Assembly: GCA_963776345.1 (NCBI GenBank) | Contig: CAVZMH010000001.1 | Coordinates: forward strand, 64,001 to 128,000 | DNA from: an uncultured delta proteobacterium | GTDB taxonomy: Bacteria; Myxococcota; Myxococcia; Myxococcales; Myxococcaceae | DNA length: 64,000 nucleotides | Direction of reading: 5' to 3' | In this document: in pieces, positions 20,041 through 28,550 of the stretch | How positions within the stretch are numbered: the stretch's first letter is position 1 | How the letters are laid out: each line of letters begins with the position of its first letter | The notes under the pieces: model-generated | The model's database searches: none | What the model was told of the DNA's origin: nothing | Seen by the model: only the letters and a program-made list of their open reading frames with translations | Program-made: the position numbers and the translations under genes

Positions 20041-20706
20041 TCAGTCGCCGTTCCAGTCGGACGCCGGGAGGATCTTCCACCTGGTGTCGAGGCCCCTGGA
20101 CGTCGTGAAGCGGAGCACCCGCAGCGGCCAGCGGCGCACTTCCTTCCGCGGGCCCTCGAGGCTCTCGATGGTCATCCGGTGCACCTCGAGCGTGTAGGTG
20201 CCGTCCGTCCCCGCCTGCGCCAGCAGCGGCCGGAGGGGGTTCTTCGGGTGCCAGTACACGGGCTTCGAGACCCGGGCGATGTACGCCAGCACGGGCAGGG
20301 TCCGGACGAACCGGCTCGCCCGCTCGCGGGTTGGGGCGAGGAGCTTGTTCGCCTCGGCCTCGGAGAGCTCGCGGACCTGGATGTCGTTGCTCAGCGCGCC
20401 GGACTCGTTCAGGAGGTTTGCCAGCGTGACCCGGCCGGCCTTGTCGAGGTCGGCCATGAGCTGGGTAGCCGTCTGGAGCGCTCCGGTCTCCTTGCGCACC
20501 GGGTCCTCGGCGATGATCCGCCAGCTCCCGATGGTGGCGATCGACGCATTCATCGTCACCCCACCGAGCAGCGACTCCCGCGCGGCGTCGTCCCCCGCGC
20601 CCGTCAGGGCGTCCAGGTAAGCGCGGGCCACCTGGTGAACGGGGTCCTCCTGCGCGGCCGCGCCGAGCGAGATGACGAGGCAGGAGAGGAGGGCGATTCG
20701 CGACAC
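20041..20706 (-). CDS. Hypothetical secreted protein
   Basis: Signal peptide (..GAAA/QE), GC3-rich codons; no family recognised. Confidence 0.75.
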   Translation of the reverse strand: MSRIALLSCLVISLGAAAQEDPVHQVARAYLDALTGAGDDAARESLLGGVTMNASIATIGSWRIIAEDPVRKETGALQTATQLMADLDKAGRVTLANLLNESGALSNDIQVRELSEAEANKLLAPTRERASRFVRTLPVLAYIARVSKPVYWHPKNPLRPLLAQAGTDGTYTLEVHRMTIESLEGPRKEVRRWPLRVLRFTTSRGLDTRWKILPASDWNGD

Positions 20707-20837
20707 TGGGGGGAGAGATTGGAACTTTTACGACACCAGCCGCGGAGGCGTCGAGGCGCGTGGGGAGCAGGATGTAGGTTGCCCCTCCCGCGTGGAGGGC
20801 CTAACTCCCCTCGGGCGCTGGGCCGGACGGAGGAGAC

Positions 20838-21287
20838 GTGAGACACGGAAGACGGTGGTGGTTGCTCTTCGCGCTGCTGGGGGCGCTCGCCATGGCGCCC
20901 CGGGCGGCGGAGGCGCAGGAGTTCGATCTCGGGGTCGGGGCGGACTACTGGACCCAGTCGCCCGGGATGGGAATCTTCTCCTTCGGGCTGGACACGCTCT
21001 GGCGCGTGGCGCCCGGGTTCCAGCTCGGGTTCAAGCCGGGCTTCTTCCTCACGACCTCCGGCGACATCCCCGCCGGCATCCCACTGGACTTCAAGGCCCG
21101 GCTGAACGTGGGCCAGGCCTACGTCGACGGGTTCATCGGTCCGTGGTTCTTCTTCAAGGGGGACGTGGCGCGGATCCACGTGGGCATGGGCGCGGGCTGG
21201 CGGTTTGGACGGCTGCTCCTGGGCGGTGAGGTCTCGTACCTCAACAACGGAGCGACATTCGGAGGACGGCTCGGCTTCCAGCTCTGA
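20838..21287 (+). CDS. Small outer-membrane beta-barrel-like protein
   Basis: Signal peptide AEA/Q, alternating Gly/aromatic strands, C-terminal LGFQL; SD GGAGGAG. Confidence 0.75.
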   Translation: MRHGRRWWLLFALLGALAMAPRAAEAQEFDLGVGADYWTQSPGMGIFSFGLDTLWRVAPGFQLGFKPGFFLTTSGDIPAGIPLDFKARLNVGQAYVDGFIGPWFFFKGDVARIHVGMGAGWRFGRLLLGGEVSYLNNGATFGGRLGFQL

Positions 21288-21308
21288 CGCTGGCCGTGCG
21301 GCAGCCCC

Positions 21309-22145
21309 GTGGCAGACTCCCAGGCCAGGGTGAGAACGGCCTGGGCATGCGTGGCGGTCCTCGTCGCCTGCGCTCCGCAGTCGCAGCGGCTCGCCGAGAC
21401 CGGACACGCCAACCCCGAGCGGGCGGCGAAGGCCGAGCGTGATCTGGCCGCGGCCGCCGCGCCGCCCGCACCTCCGCTGCCAGCGGTGACGCCCGAGGTC
21501 GTGGCCCACGGCCGGCGTGACCGGAAGGAGATCGCCCTCACCTTCGATGCCTGCTCCACCCGCGACGTCAGCAAATACGACGACCGCGTGACCCAGGAGC
21601 TCCTCGCCGCCAACGCGCCGGCCACCATCTTCCTCGGCGGGAGCTGGGCGAAGGAGGAGGCGGCGCAAGTGAAGGCTCTGGCGAGCCATCCGCAGTTCGA
21701 GCTCGGGAACCACACCTACACCCATCCGCACCTGCCGGCGATGAAGGACGACGCGCGCCTCCGCGCCGAGCTGGCCCGCACCCAGGCCGAGGTGAAGGCG
21801 CTCACTGGACAGACCCCGCGCTTCTTCCGTCCGCCCTACGGCGAGTACGACCAGCGGGTGGTGCGCATCGCCGCCGAGCTCGGGCTCACCACCATCGAGT
21901 ACGACCTGCCCTCGGGAGACCCGGACGCGCACGCGACGAAGGAGAAGCTGGTGCACTGGGTGCTCTCGCAGGCCAAACCCGGGAGCATCGTGGTGATGCA
22001 CATCAACCACGTCCGCTTCCACACCGCGGAGGCGCTGCCGGACATCATCACCGGGCTGCGCCAGCGCGGGTTCACGCTGGTCACCGTGGGCCAGCTCGTC
22101 GGCGAGCTCCATCCGGGCGCTCCCGCCGTCGGGGCGGCCCCGTGA
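21309..22145 (+). CDS. Polysaccharide deacetylase (CE4/NodB), predicted lipoprotein
   Basis: ALTFDA, GNHTYTH, FRPPYGE, IVVMH; LVAC lipobox. Confidence 0.92.
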   Translation: MADSQARVRTAWACVAVLVACAPQSQRLAETGHANPERAAKAERDLAAAAAPPAPPLPAVTPEVVAHGRRDRKEIALTFDACSTRDVSKYDDRVTQELLAANAPATIFLGGSWAKEEAAQVKALASHPQFELGNHTYTHPHLPAMKDDARLRAELARTQAEVKALTGQTPRFFRPPYGEYDQRVVRIAAELGLTTIEYDLPSGDPDAHATKEKLVHWVLSQAKPGSIVVMHINHVRFHTAEALPDIITGLRQRGFTLVTVGQLVGELHPGAPAVGAAP

Positions 22146-22870
22146 GCGCGGTGGTGGTCAGCGGGGACGCCCGCCGGCCCGAGGTGCTCGCGGAGGCGCT
22201 GGCGGGACGGCGGCCGACGTTCCTGCTGACGGACCCGCCTTACTGCCTCCTCACCCGCCGCCGGAAGGGCGGGGACGAGCGCGAGCGGCGGGCGCGCCGG
22301 AAGATCGATCAGGACCCCATCCACCGCTTCGAGGACGTGCGCGCGTACCGCCGCTTCACCGCCGAGTGGCTCCCCGCTGCGGCCCGCGCGGTCGAGGACG
22401 GCGGCACGCTGGCCATCTGGACCAACTTCCTCGGACGGCAGCCCATCCTCACGGTCGCGGCCGAGGCGGGCTTCGGCGTGCTCGCCGGCGAGTTCCTCTG
22501 GGCCAAGCTGACCACCGAGGGCGGCGGGAACGAGCGGCTGGCCCGGGTGTACGAGGTGGCGCTGGTGCTGCGCCGGGAGCCGCTGCCTGCACCGGTCCCC
22601 GGCGACGCGGCCCGGCCCTGGGCAGTGGTGGCCGGCTACGACGAGGAGGGTGAGGCGGCGCGCTGGGGAAGCCATCCCAACCACAAGCCGTTCGGCGTCC
22701 TCGAGCCGCTGCTGCGGACCTGGAGCCGCCCCGGAGAGCTGGTGCTCGACTGCTTCGCCGGGAGCGGGAGCATCCCCGCGGCGGCGGCGCGGCTCGGGCG
22801 CGACGTGGTCTGCATCGAGCTCGAGGCGGACTGGGCCGAGCGGGTCCGGGACCGCCTGGCCGGCGGCTGA
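22142..22870 (+). CDS. Orphan N6-adenine/N4-cytosine DNA methyltransferase (beta class)
   Basis: TDPPY (motif IV) precedes HPNHKP and VLDCFAGSG (motif I). Confidence 0.85.
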   Translation: MSAVVVSGDARRPEVLAEALAGRRPTFLLTDPPYCLLTRRRKGGDERERRARRKIDQDPIHRFEDVRAYRRFTAEWLPAAARAVEDGGTLAIWTNFLGRQPILTVAAEAGFGVLAGEFLWAKLTTEGGGNERLARVYEVALVLRREPLPAPVPGDAARPWAVVAGYDEEGEAARWGSHPNHKPFGVLEPLLRTWSRPGELVLDCFAGSGSIPAAAARLGRDVVCIELEADWAERVRDRLAGG

Positions 22871-22878
22871 GCCAGATC

Positions 22879-22935
22879 GACGCCGGCGCGCCGCTGCGCC
22901 GGCCCCGCAGGCGTCCCCCTGGTGCGGGGGGCTGA
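22879..22935. repeat. Dispersed structured repeat, copy 2
   Basis: Homologous to 3724-3779 with an identical 25-bp core. Confidence 0.8.
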
Positions 22936-22945
22936 GCCCGGGGGC

Positions 22946-23137
22946 TCACTCGCGCGGCGCGTCCTCGGTTCTCGGCCGGAAGTACTGGCACGCGTGCACC
23001 GGCTGGCGTGGGTACCGCTCCGGCACCAGCGGGCAGAGGATGAAGGTGCTCCGGGCGGTGTGGACGTACCTGGGCGGCGCCGCGCAGCGGTGGCAGAGGC
23101 TGTCCGGAAAGGGAAGGGGAGCCGGAGACTCGCTCAC
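22946..23137 (-). CDS. Small Cys-rich protein (CxxC..C..C), possibly metal-binding
   Basis: 63 aa; SD GAAGGGGAG; starts ~20 bp after the fadL stop; CHRC, ILC, YPRQPVHAC. Confidence 0.7.
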   Translation of the reverse strand: MSESPAPLPFPDSLCHRCAAPPRYVHTARSTFILCPLVPERYPRQPVHACQYFRPRTEDAPRE

Positions 23138-23156
23138 GGCTCCCCTTCAAGCACAC

Positions 23157-24374
23157 CTAGATCTTGAACCCGAGGGTCAGGCTGAGCACGTGCGCGCCGG
23201 CGCTGTACGAGGCCGGGAAGTACGGGCTGGTGCTCGTCTGCCCGAAGAAGAAGATGTACTGGTACCCCGCGTCGATGCGGAACGCACCCCAGCGGTAGGT
23301 GCCGCCGATCGCCACGTTGAGGCGGTCCGCGTCCGGGACGTCCGGCAGGAGGGTGTACGTCCCGCTCGGGGTCTTGTCGTAGAGGAGGCCGAGGCGGAGC
23401 TGGACGTGCTCGCTGAGCGTGTACTCGGCGCCGATCCGGTAGTTCCAGCTGTGGCTCCAGAACTTGGCCTCGTAGGTGTTGAGGGACGGGTTCTGGAAGC
23501 GGATGTCGATGGCCTGGAACTGCTGCCAGGTGAAGTAGGTGATGTCCGCGTCCAGCGCCAGCTCGGGCGTCGCGTGAACAGCCACACCGAACCCGATGGT
23601 GTGCGGGAGGTTGAACTTGGTGGTGACCTCCTGGTCCACGAAGGTCGAGGCGTACGGCGGCGGGACGTTGGTGAAGTGCGCCCGGCCGGTGAAGTCCAGG
23701 CTCACCGCACTCCGGTAGTACGCGCCAAGCTGCAGGACCTTCTCGATCGCCTCGTACTGCACGCCGACGTTTCCGCCGTAGCCCCAGGTCGCCGCGCCCA
23801 GGTCGGCGCTCACGTACTGTCCGGAGAGCGGGCCGATGTCCTTCTGCAGCTCGACCGTGGAGCGGACCAGCTGGAAGCCGGCGCCGATCCGGAAGGGTCC
23901 GGACTTGAAGGCCACGGTGGGGTTGATGTCGAAGGTCTGGAAGTTGGCCTGGGTGATGATGGTCCGGCCGATCCAGTCCGAGTTCCACTCCACCTTGAGG
24001 CCGTAGGGCGAGAACACCCCGATGCCCACCGTCCACTCGTCGCTGATCCCGTAGGTGAAGTAGACGTGCGGCGGGGGGATGACGTTGGTGACGCCGCTGA
24101 TCTCCTGGCCTGCGGAGGGACCTGTGGTCGGCGTGGCCTTGAAGGTGGGGATGATGGGCGAGGCGCCGAGCATGATCTCCATCCCCTGGCCCTGCGCGAT
24201 GCCGGCGGGGTTGTAGTAGATGGCCGCCGCGTCGTCGACCAGGCCGATCTGCGCGCCGGCCATCCCCACGCCGCGGGCGGAGTGCAGGTCGACCGCGATG
24301 CCCGCTGCCCGGGCAGAGCCCCCGGCCACCGCGGCCAGGCCCATCACTGCGAACATGAGCTTCTTCATGTGCAT
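23157..24374 (-). CDS. fadL: OmpP1/FadL/TodX long-chain fatty acid outer-membrane transporter
   Basis: Signal peptide, A.G.GMAGA and YYNPAG hatch motif, INPTVAFK, PDADR, beta-strand C-terminus. Confidence 0.9.
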   Translation of the reverse strand: MHMKKLMFAVMGLAAVAGGSARAAGIAVDLHSARGVGMAGAQIGLVDDAAAIYYNPAGIAQGQGMEIMLGASPIIPTFKATPTTGPSAGQEISGVTNVIPPPHVYFTYGISDEWTVGIGVFSPYGLKVEWNSDWIGRTIITQANFQTFDINPTVAFKSGPFRIGAGFQLVRSTVELQKDIGPLSGQYVSADLGAATWGYGGNVGVQYEAIEKVLQLGAYYRSAVSLDFTGRAHFTNVPPPYASTFVDQEVTTKFNLPHTIGFGVAVHATPELALDADITYFTWQQFQAIDIRFQNPSLNTYEAKFWSHSWNYRIGAEYTLSEHVQLRLGLLYDKTPSGTYTLLPDVPDADRLNVAIGGTYRWGAFRIDAGYQYIFFFGQTSTSPYFPASYSAGAHVLSLTLGFKI

Positions 24375-24399
24375 GTGCCTTTCCTGGGTGTTCGGGTGA

Positions 24400-27350
24400 T
24401 CAGGGGAACGGCGGCGGCGCACCGGCGATGAAGGCGCCGATCTGCTGCTGCCCGCTCGTGGTCAGTGCCACACCTGAGGCGTTGGGGTACGGCTGGAGCA
24501 GGAATCCGTGGCGTGCGGCGACCGGCACGTTGGACAGAGCGTTCCCCGCTCCCAGGTTGGTCGCGTCGTTGTACTGGTAGGACCAGAGGGGCGCGGCCGA
24601 GAGCCGCGTGGGGTCGGCGACCACCGAGCCGGACGCGGCGTTCACCAGCTCCACCGTGGTGGGGTTGACCACGACCTGGTCGTCCAGGATCCACTGGACG
24701 AGCGCCCGGCGCGTCGCCGGATTGATGTTCGGCGGAAGCGGCGCGGGCAACTTGGCGGAGTGGGTCAGGTAGTACGCCGCGTTGACCGGGTCGGCCGGGT
24801 CGATGATCCACTTCGCGATCCCGAGGAACTGATCGTACGTCGGCGAGTTCTGGGCGATGCCCTGCGCCGCCAGCCCGGCGATGAAGGCGTTCTTCTGCGC
24901 GGCGAAGCTCGGCGAGGTCAGGAGATTGAGCACCCAGTCCGAGCCGGCCACGTCCAGGGCGGTGTTGCCGACCTCCGGCGCCACCGCGGTGTAGAGCGCG
25001 CCGAGGAAGCTGCCCAGGCTCTGGCCGACGTAGCTGATCTTCGTCGGGTCGAGCTTCACCGCCGTGCCCGGAGGGGTGGTGTTGATGCCGGCGGGACCCG
25101 CGGTGGCGATCACCCGGGCGAGCTGCCCGTGGGAGATGACCTGCTGGCGGATGTTGTCCCGGGTGGCGAAGAAGTCCACCAGGTTGAGCAGGTTCCAGCC
25201 GGAGACGGGGATGGTCACCCCCGGGGCGACGGTGACGCCCGCGGCGAACCCGGCGCCCGTGCCCTCGCAGTGGTTGTCCGGAGCGCAGGCGCCCTGTCCC
25301 GCGGCGAGGCAGACCAGGTCCGAGGTCGGGTCGGCGAAGGTGCAGGCCGCGGTGCCCCGGTTGGTGAGCTGGCACCGCCCCGCGGCGTTGCAGCTCTGGG
25401 TGGTCGGGTTCGAGCAGGCGTACGCGTCGGTGAAGAGGGTCTGCGCGGTGGCGAGGTTCAGGTAGTGGCCGAACCCGATGCAGGTGTTCCGGTCACCGTG
25501 CCACGGCTCGTCGATGGCGATGGTGACCTGGCCGGCCAGGGCGAGGGTGTTGGCGATGGCGTAGGCGTTGGTCTTGTTGCCGGTGAGGCCGTGGCCGAAG
25601 ATGGTCACCGGCCAGCCGTTGGCCGGAGCGGTGCCCGCGGGGATGGCCATCACGAAGGGCATCTTCTTCGCCACCGCGTCCGCCAGCCCGGGCGTGAAGT
25701 GGGTGGAGTTCAGCGCCCACAGGTCCAGGATCTCACCGGCCCAGAAGGCGGCCACCGCGGCGTGCGGGACGCCGAGCGCGTCGAGCTGCGCGGTCACGGT
25801 GGCGGTGATGTCGGCGACCCACAGCGGGGTCGCCGGGACCTGGGCGACGGTGGGGGCGGCGTGGATCTGGGCCAGGATGGAGACGGTGCTCTGGGTGGTG
25901 AAGGCCCAGGCGAGGGCGACCTTCTTCCGCGGCAGCCCGCCGGCCGCGAGCTGATCGAAGAGCGGCTTCAGGCCGAGGCGGAGCTGCTCCAGCTGCCCGG
26001 CCTGGGCATCGGTGAGGAGGCTCACCGTGCTCTTGCCATTGGCGAACAGCGGAGCCGAGGAGCGCGCCAGGGCGAAGGCCGGGCTGGGGATGACGTTCTT
26101 GCTCAGGTTGTCGGTGAGGTCGGTGGTGATGTACGCCGCGTACTGCGTGCGCTCGGTGAGCGGGACGCGCGGCACGATCTCCAGGGTCTCGGGCTTGGTT
26201 CCGCCGTCGATCAGCGTCGGGCTGACCGTGCAGTTCACGCAGGCGAAGGCGTTGAGCGGGATGCCGGCGTCTGCCCCGCTGCTCGCGACGGCGAGCATGT
26301 TGATCGGGCTGGTCGCCCCCAGGTTGTACGGCGTCCCGGGCAGCTTGCCCTGGATGAGCGCACCGGTCTCCGTCCCGAACTCGCTGACGATGGGAGCGGT
26401 GGTGGAGAACCCGTCGAGGGTGTTGAGGCCGGTGTAGAGCTGGGTCAGGAGCCCCGCGTCCGGAGGCACCGGCAGGGTGACCTGCTTCCCGGTCGGGTTC
26501 AGGATGTCGTTGGGGAAGGGGATGATGTTGTTGGCCGGATCGAAGGTGACCTCGGCCTGGCTGGTGATGGTGAAGGTCCAGGCAATCGCGATGTCGGTCG
26601 GCTTCACCCCGACTGCCGTCACACCGTCGATCAGCGGCTTGTAGTTCAGCCGGAGCGCCTCGAGCTGCTTGGCCAGCGCGACCTGCTGTGCGTACTGGGC
26701 GGCCGGGTCCTTCTCGGTCGTCGGGATCGCGCTGGTGCCCAGGACGCAGCCGTTCGCGTCACAGGTGACCAGCGGAGTGTCGCTCAGCGACCAGCGCCCA
26801 GGTCGGCGACCCGGTCACGGTCTGCCCGGACTTCTTCCCCTTGACCCCGTTGGCGCCGCCGACCACCACGATTCCGTAGTGGTGGCCACGGGTCCAGTAG
26901 CCGCTCTTCGGGGCTGATGTTCAGCGACTGCGCCCCGTTCGGCGCATCCGAGACGCTGATGTTCACGGTCGTGATCGGCAGGTTGGCGGTGATGTCGAAC
27001 ACCGCCAGGTTCCCGCCCACCCCGGAAAAGAGCTCCACCGAGGTGACGTCGATCGGCTTGTCGAACAGGACCGACGCCGTCGACTCCATCGGGAACCCGT
27101 CGAGCAGGTTCAGGTAGTCGCGGTTGAACTCGTTCTGCGCGTCGGTCCCGCCCGTGGTCGGCGCGTGGAGCACGGTGTCGAAGTTCCCGTTCGCGTCGAG
27201 GAACACCAGGTCGTTGGGAAGCGGGATGACGCTGTTGGCGGGATCGAACTCGGCCTCCACGTACTTGGTCGAGTTGTCCGGGCCGGTCGGAATGTCAGGG
27301 CTGCACGCGGCGAACCCCACCGCGAGCGCGAGAAGCAGCAACCTCTTCAT
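24400..27350 (-). CDS. Large extracellular lipase-like lipoprotein (Pla-1/cef-type alpha/beta hydrolase) with two apparent +1 frameshifts
   Basis: FAAC lipobox; two FDPAN..IP.PND..LDGF modules; IFGHGL, HGDR, GQSLG elbow, D.VV.N, HGFL. Frames join if one base is removed at ~26911 and one at ~26789. Confidence 0.8.
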
Positions 27351-27389
27351 CTGGGAACCCCCTCCGCAAGGGCCGCCCGAGCCTCGGCC

Positions 27390-27405
27390 ACTGACTCGGA
27401 AATCA
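27390..27405. promoter_or_regulatory. Candidate operator upstream of the lipase-fadL operon
   Basis: ACTGACTCGGAAATCA, 14/16 identical to 19922-19937; TGAYT-N4-ARTCA symmetry. Confidence 0.5.
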
Positions 27406-27551
27406 GGCTGGCTTGTAGATGGTTTCGGTGCATGCGCCAAGCGAATTGGGGCCATTTCCGGGCCCTTACGCAGCGAGTCAAGAATGCGTTGCGCGAATGG
27501 CAGTCAGTCGTTCGCTGCAAGTGCGTGGCCCACGGGTTAAGGCTCGGCGTC

Positions 27552-27947
27552 ATGAGCACTGCGCGAACCATCACCGCCCAGAACTTCCGGGAGACCGTCG
27601 AGGCCGGGGGAATCGTCATCCTCGACTTCTGGGCTCCCTGGTGTGGCCCCTGCCGTGGGTTCGCCCCGGCCTTCGAGAAGGCCGCCGGCGACAACCCGGA
27701 CGTGGTCTTCGGGAAGGTCAACACCGACGAGGAGCAGCAGCTCGCCGCGACGTTCGAGATCCAGAGCATCCCCACGCTCATGATCTTCCGGGACAAGTTC
27801 CTGCTCTTCCGGCAGGCCGGCGCGCTCCCCCCGGCGGCCCTGGCCGACGTGGTGGCCCAGGCCAAGGCGCTGGACATGGAGAAGGTCCGCGCCGAGATCG
27901 CCGCGCACGAGGCCGCGGAGAAGGCCGCCAAGACGCCGTCCGCCTGA
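27552..27947 (+). CDS. trxA: Thioredoxin
   Basis: DFWAPWCGPC, IQSIPTL. Confidence 0.95.
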   Translation: MSTARTITAQNFRETVEAGGIVILDFWAPWCGPCRGFAPAFEKAAGDNPDVVFGKVNTDEEQQLAATFEIQSIPTLMIFRDKFLLFRQAGALPPAALADVVAQAKALDMEKVRAEIAAHEAAEKAAKTPSA

Positions 27948-28021
27948 GCCCGGGCGGCCCGCTCGCCTTCGTCGGTCTCCCGGGCGTTCCCCCCGGTACG
28001 GAGGTCGACCCTCTCGTCGCC

Positions 28022-28507
28022 TCAGCCGCTCCCGGGTCCGGCCTTCTGGATGAGGGCGACGAGCGCCTGCATGACGCGCTGGTAGTCCGCCGGCGCGAGC
28101 AGGAGCTGCGCTCCGCGGATGCCCGCCGAGATGGAGATGAGCGGCCAGTCGAGCGCCGAGGTGTCGAGCACCACCGGGTAGTCCCGCTTCCCGGCGAGCG
28201 CGGTCACGCCTCCGCGCACGTATCCGGTCAGCGGCTGAACCTCCTTGAGCGGAACCGTCTCGCAGCGGCGATCGCCCCGGGCCCGCGCCAGGGCCTTGAG
28301 GTCCAGCTCCCGGTCGCCCGGGACCACCGCCAGGCAGACCCCCGTCCGGTCTCCCCGGCAGACCAGCGTCTTGAACAGCTGGGCGGCCGGGAGCCCCACC
28401 TTCTCCGCCACCCGGAGTGCCGACAGGTCGTCCGGATCCACCGGATAGGTCCGCAACTCGTACCGGATGTTCAGTGAGTCCAGTAGCCTGGCGGCGTTGG
28501 TCTTCAT
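28022..28507 (-). CDS. ybaK: Cys-tRNA(Pro) deacylase YbaK
   Basis: MKTNAARLLD, FKTLV, TGYVRGGVT, ISAG.RG. Confidence 0.93.
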   Translation of the reverse strand: MKTNAARLLDSLNIRYELRTYPVDPDDLSALRVAEKVGLPAAQLFKTLVCRGDRTGVCLAVVPGDRELDLKALARARGDRRCETVPLKEVQPLTGYVRGGVTALAGKRDYPVVLDTSALDWPLISISAGIRGAQLLLAPADYQRVMQALVALIQKAGPGSG

Positions 28508-28550
28508 CGGGGCTGGTTTGCGCCCGGACGCTGCTAGGGTCGGCCGGCGC

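Noticed and set aside
20719..20755. ECF or sigma54 promoter at GGAACTT
   Set aside because: No -10 or -12 element at a suitable spacing.
3755..22935. CRISPR interpretation of the 25-bp identical repeats
   Set aside because: Only two copies, 19 kb apart, with no spacer periodicity and no cas genes.
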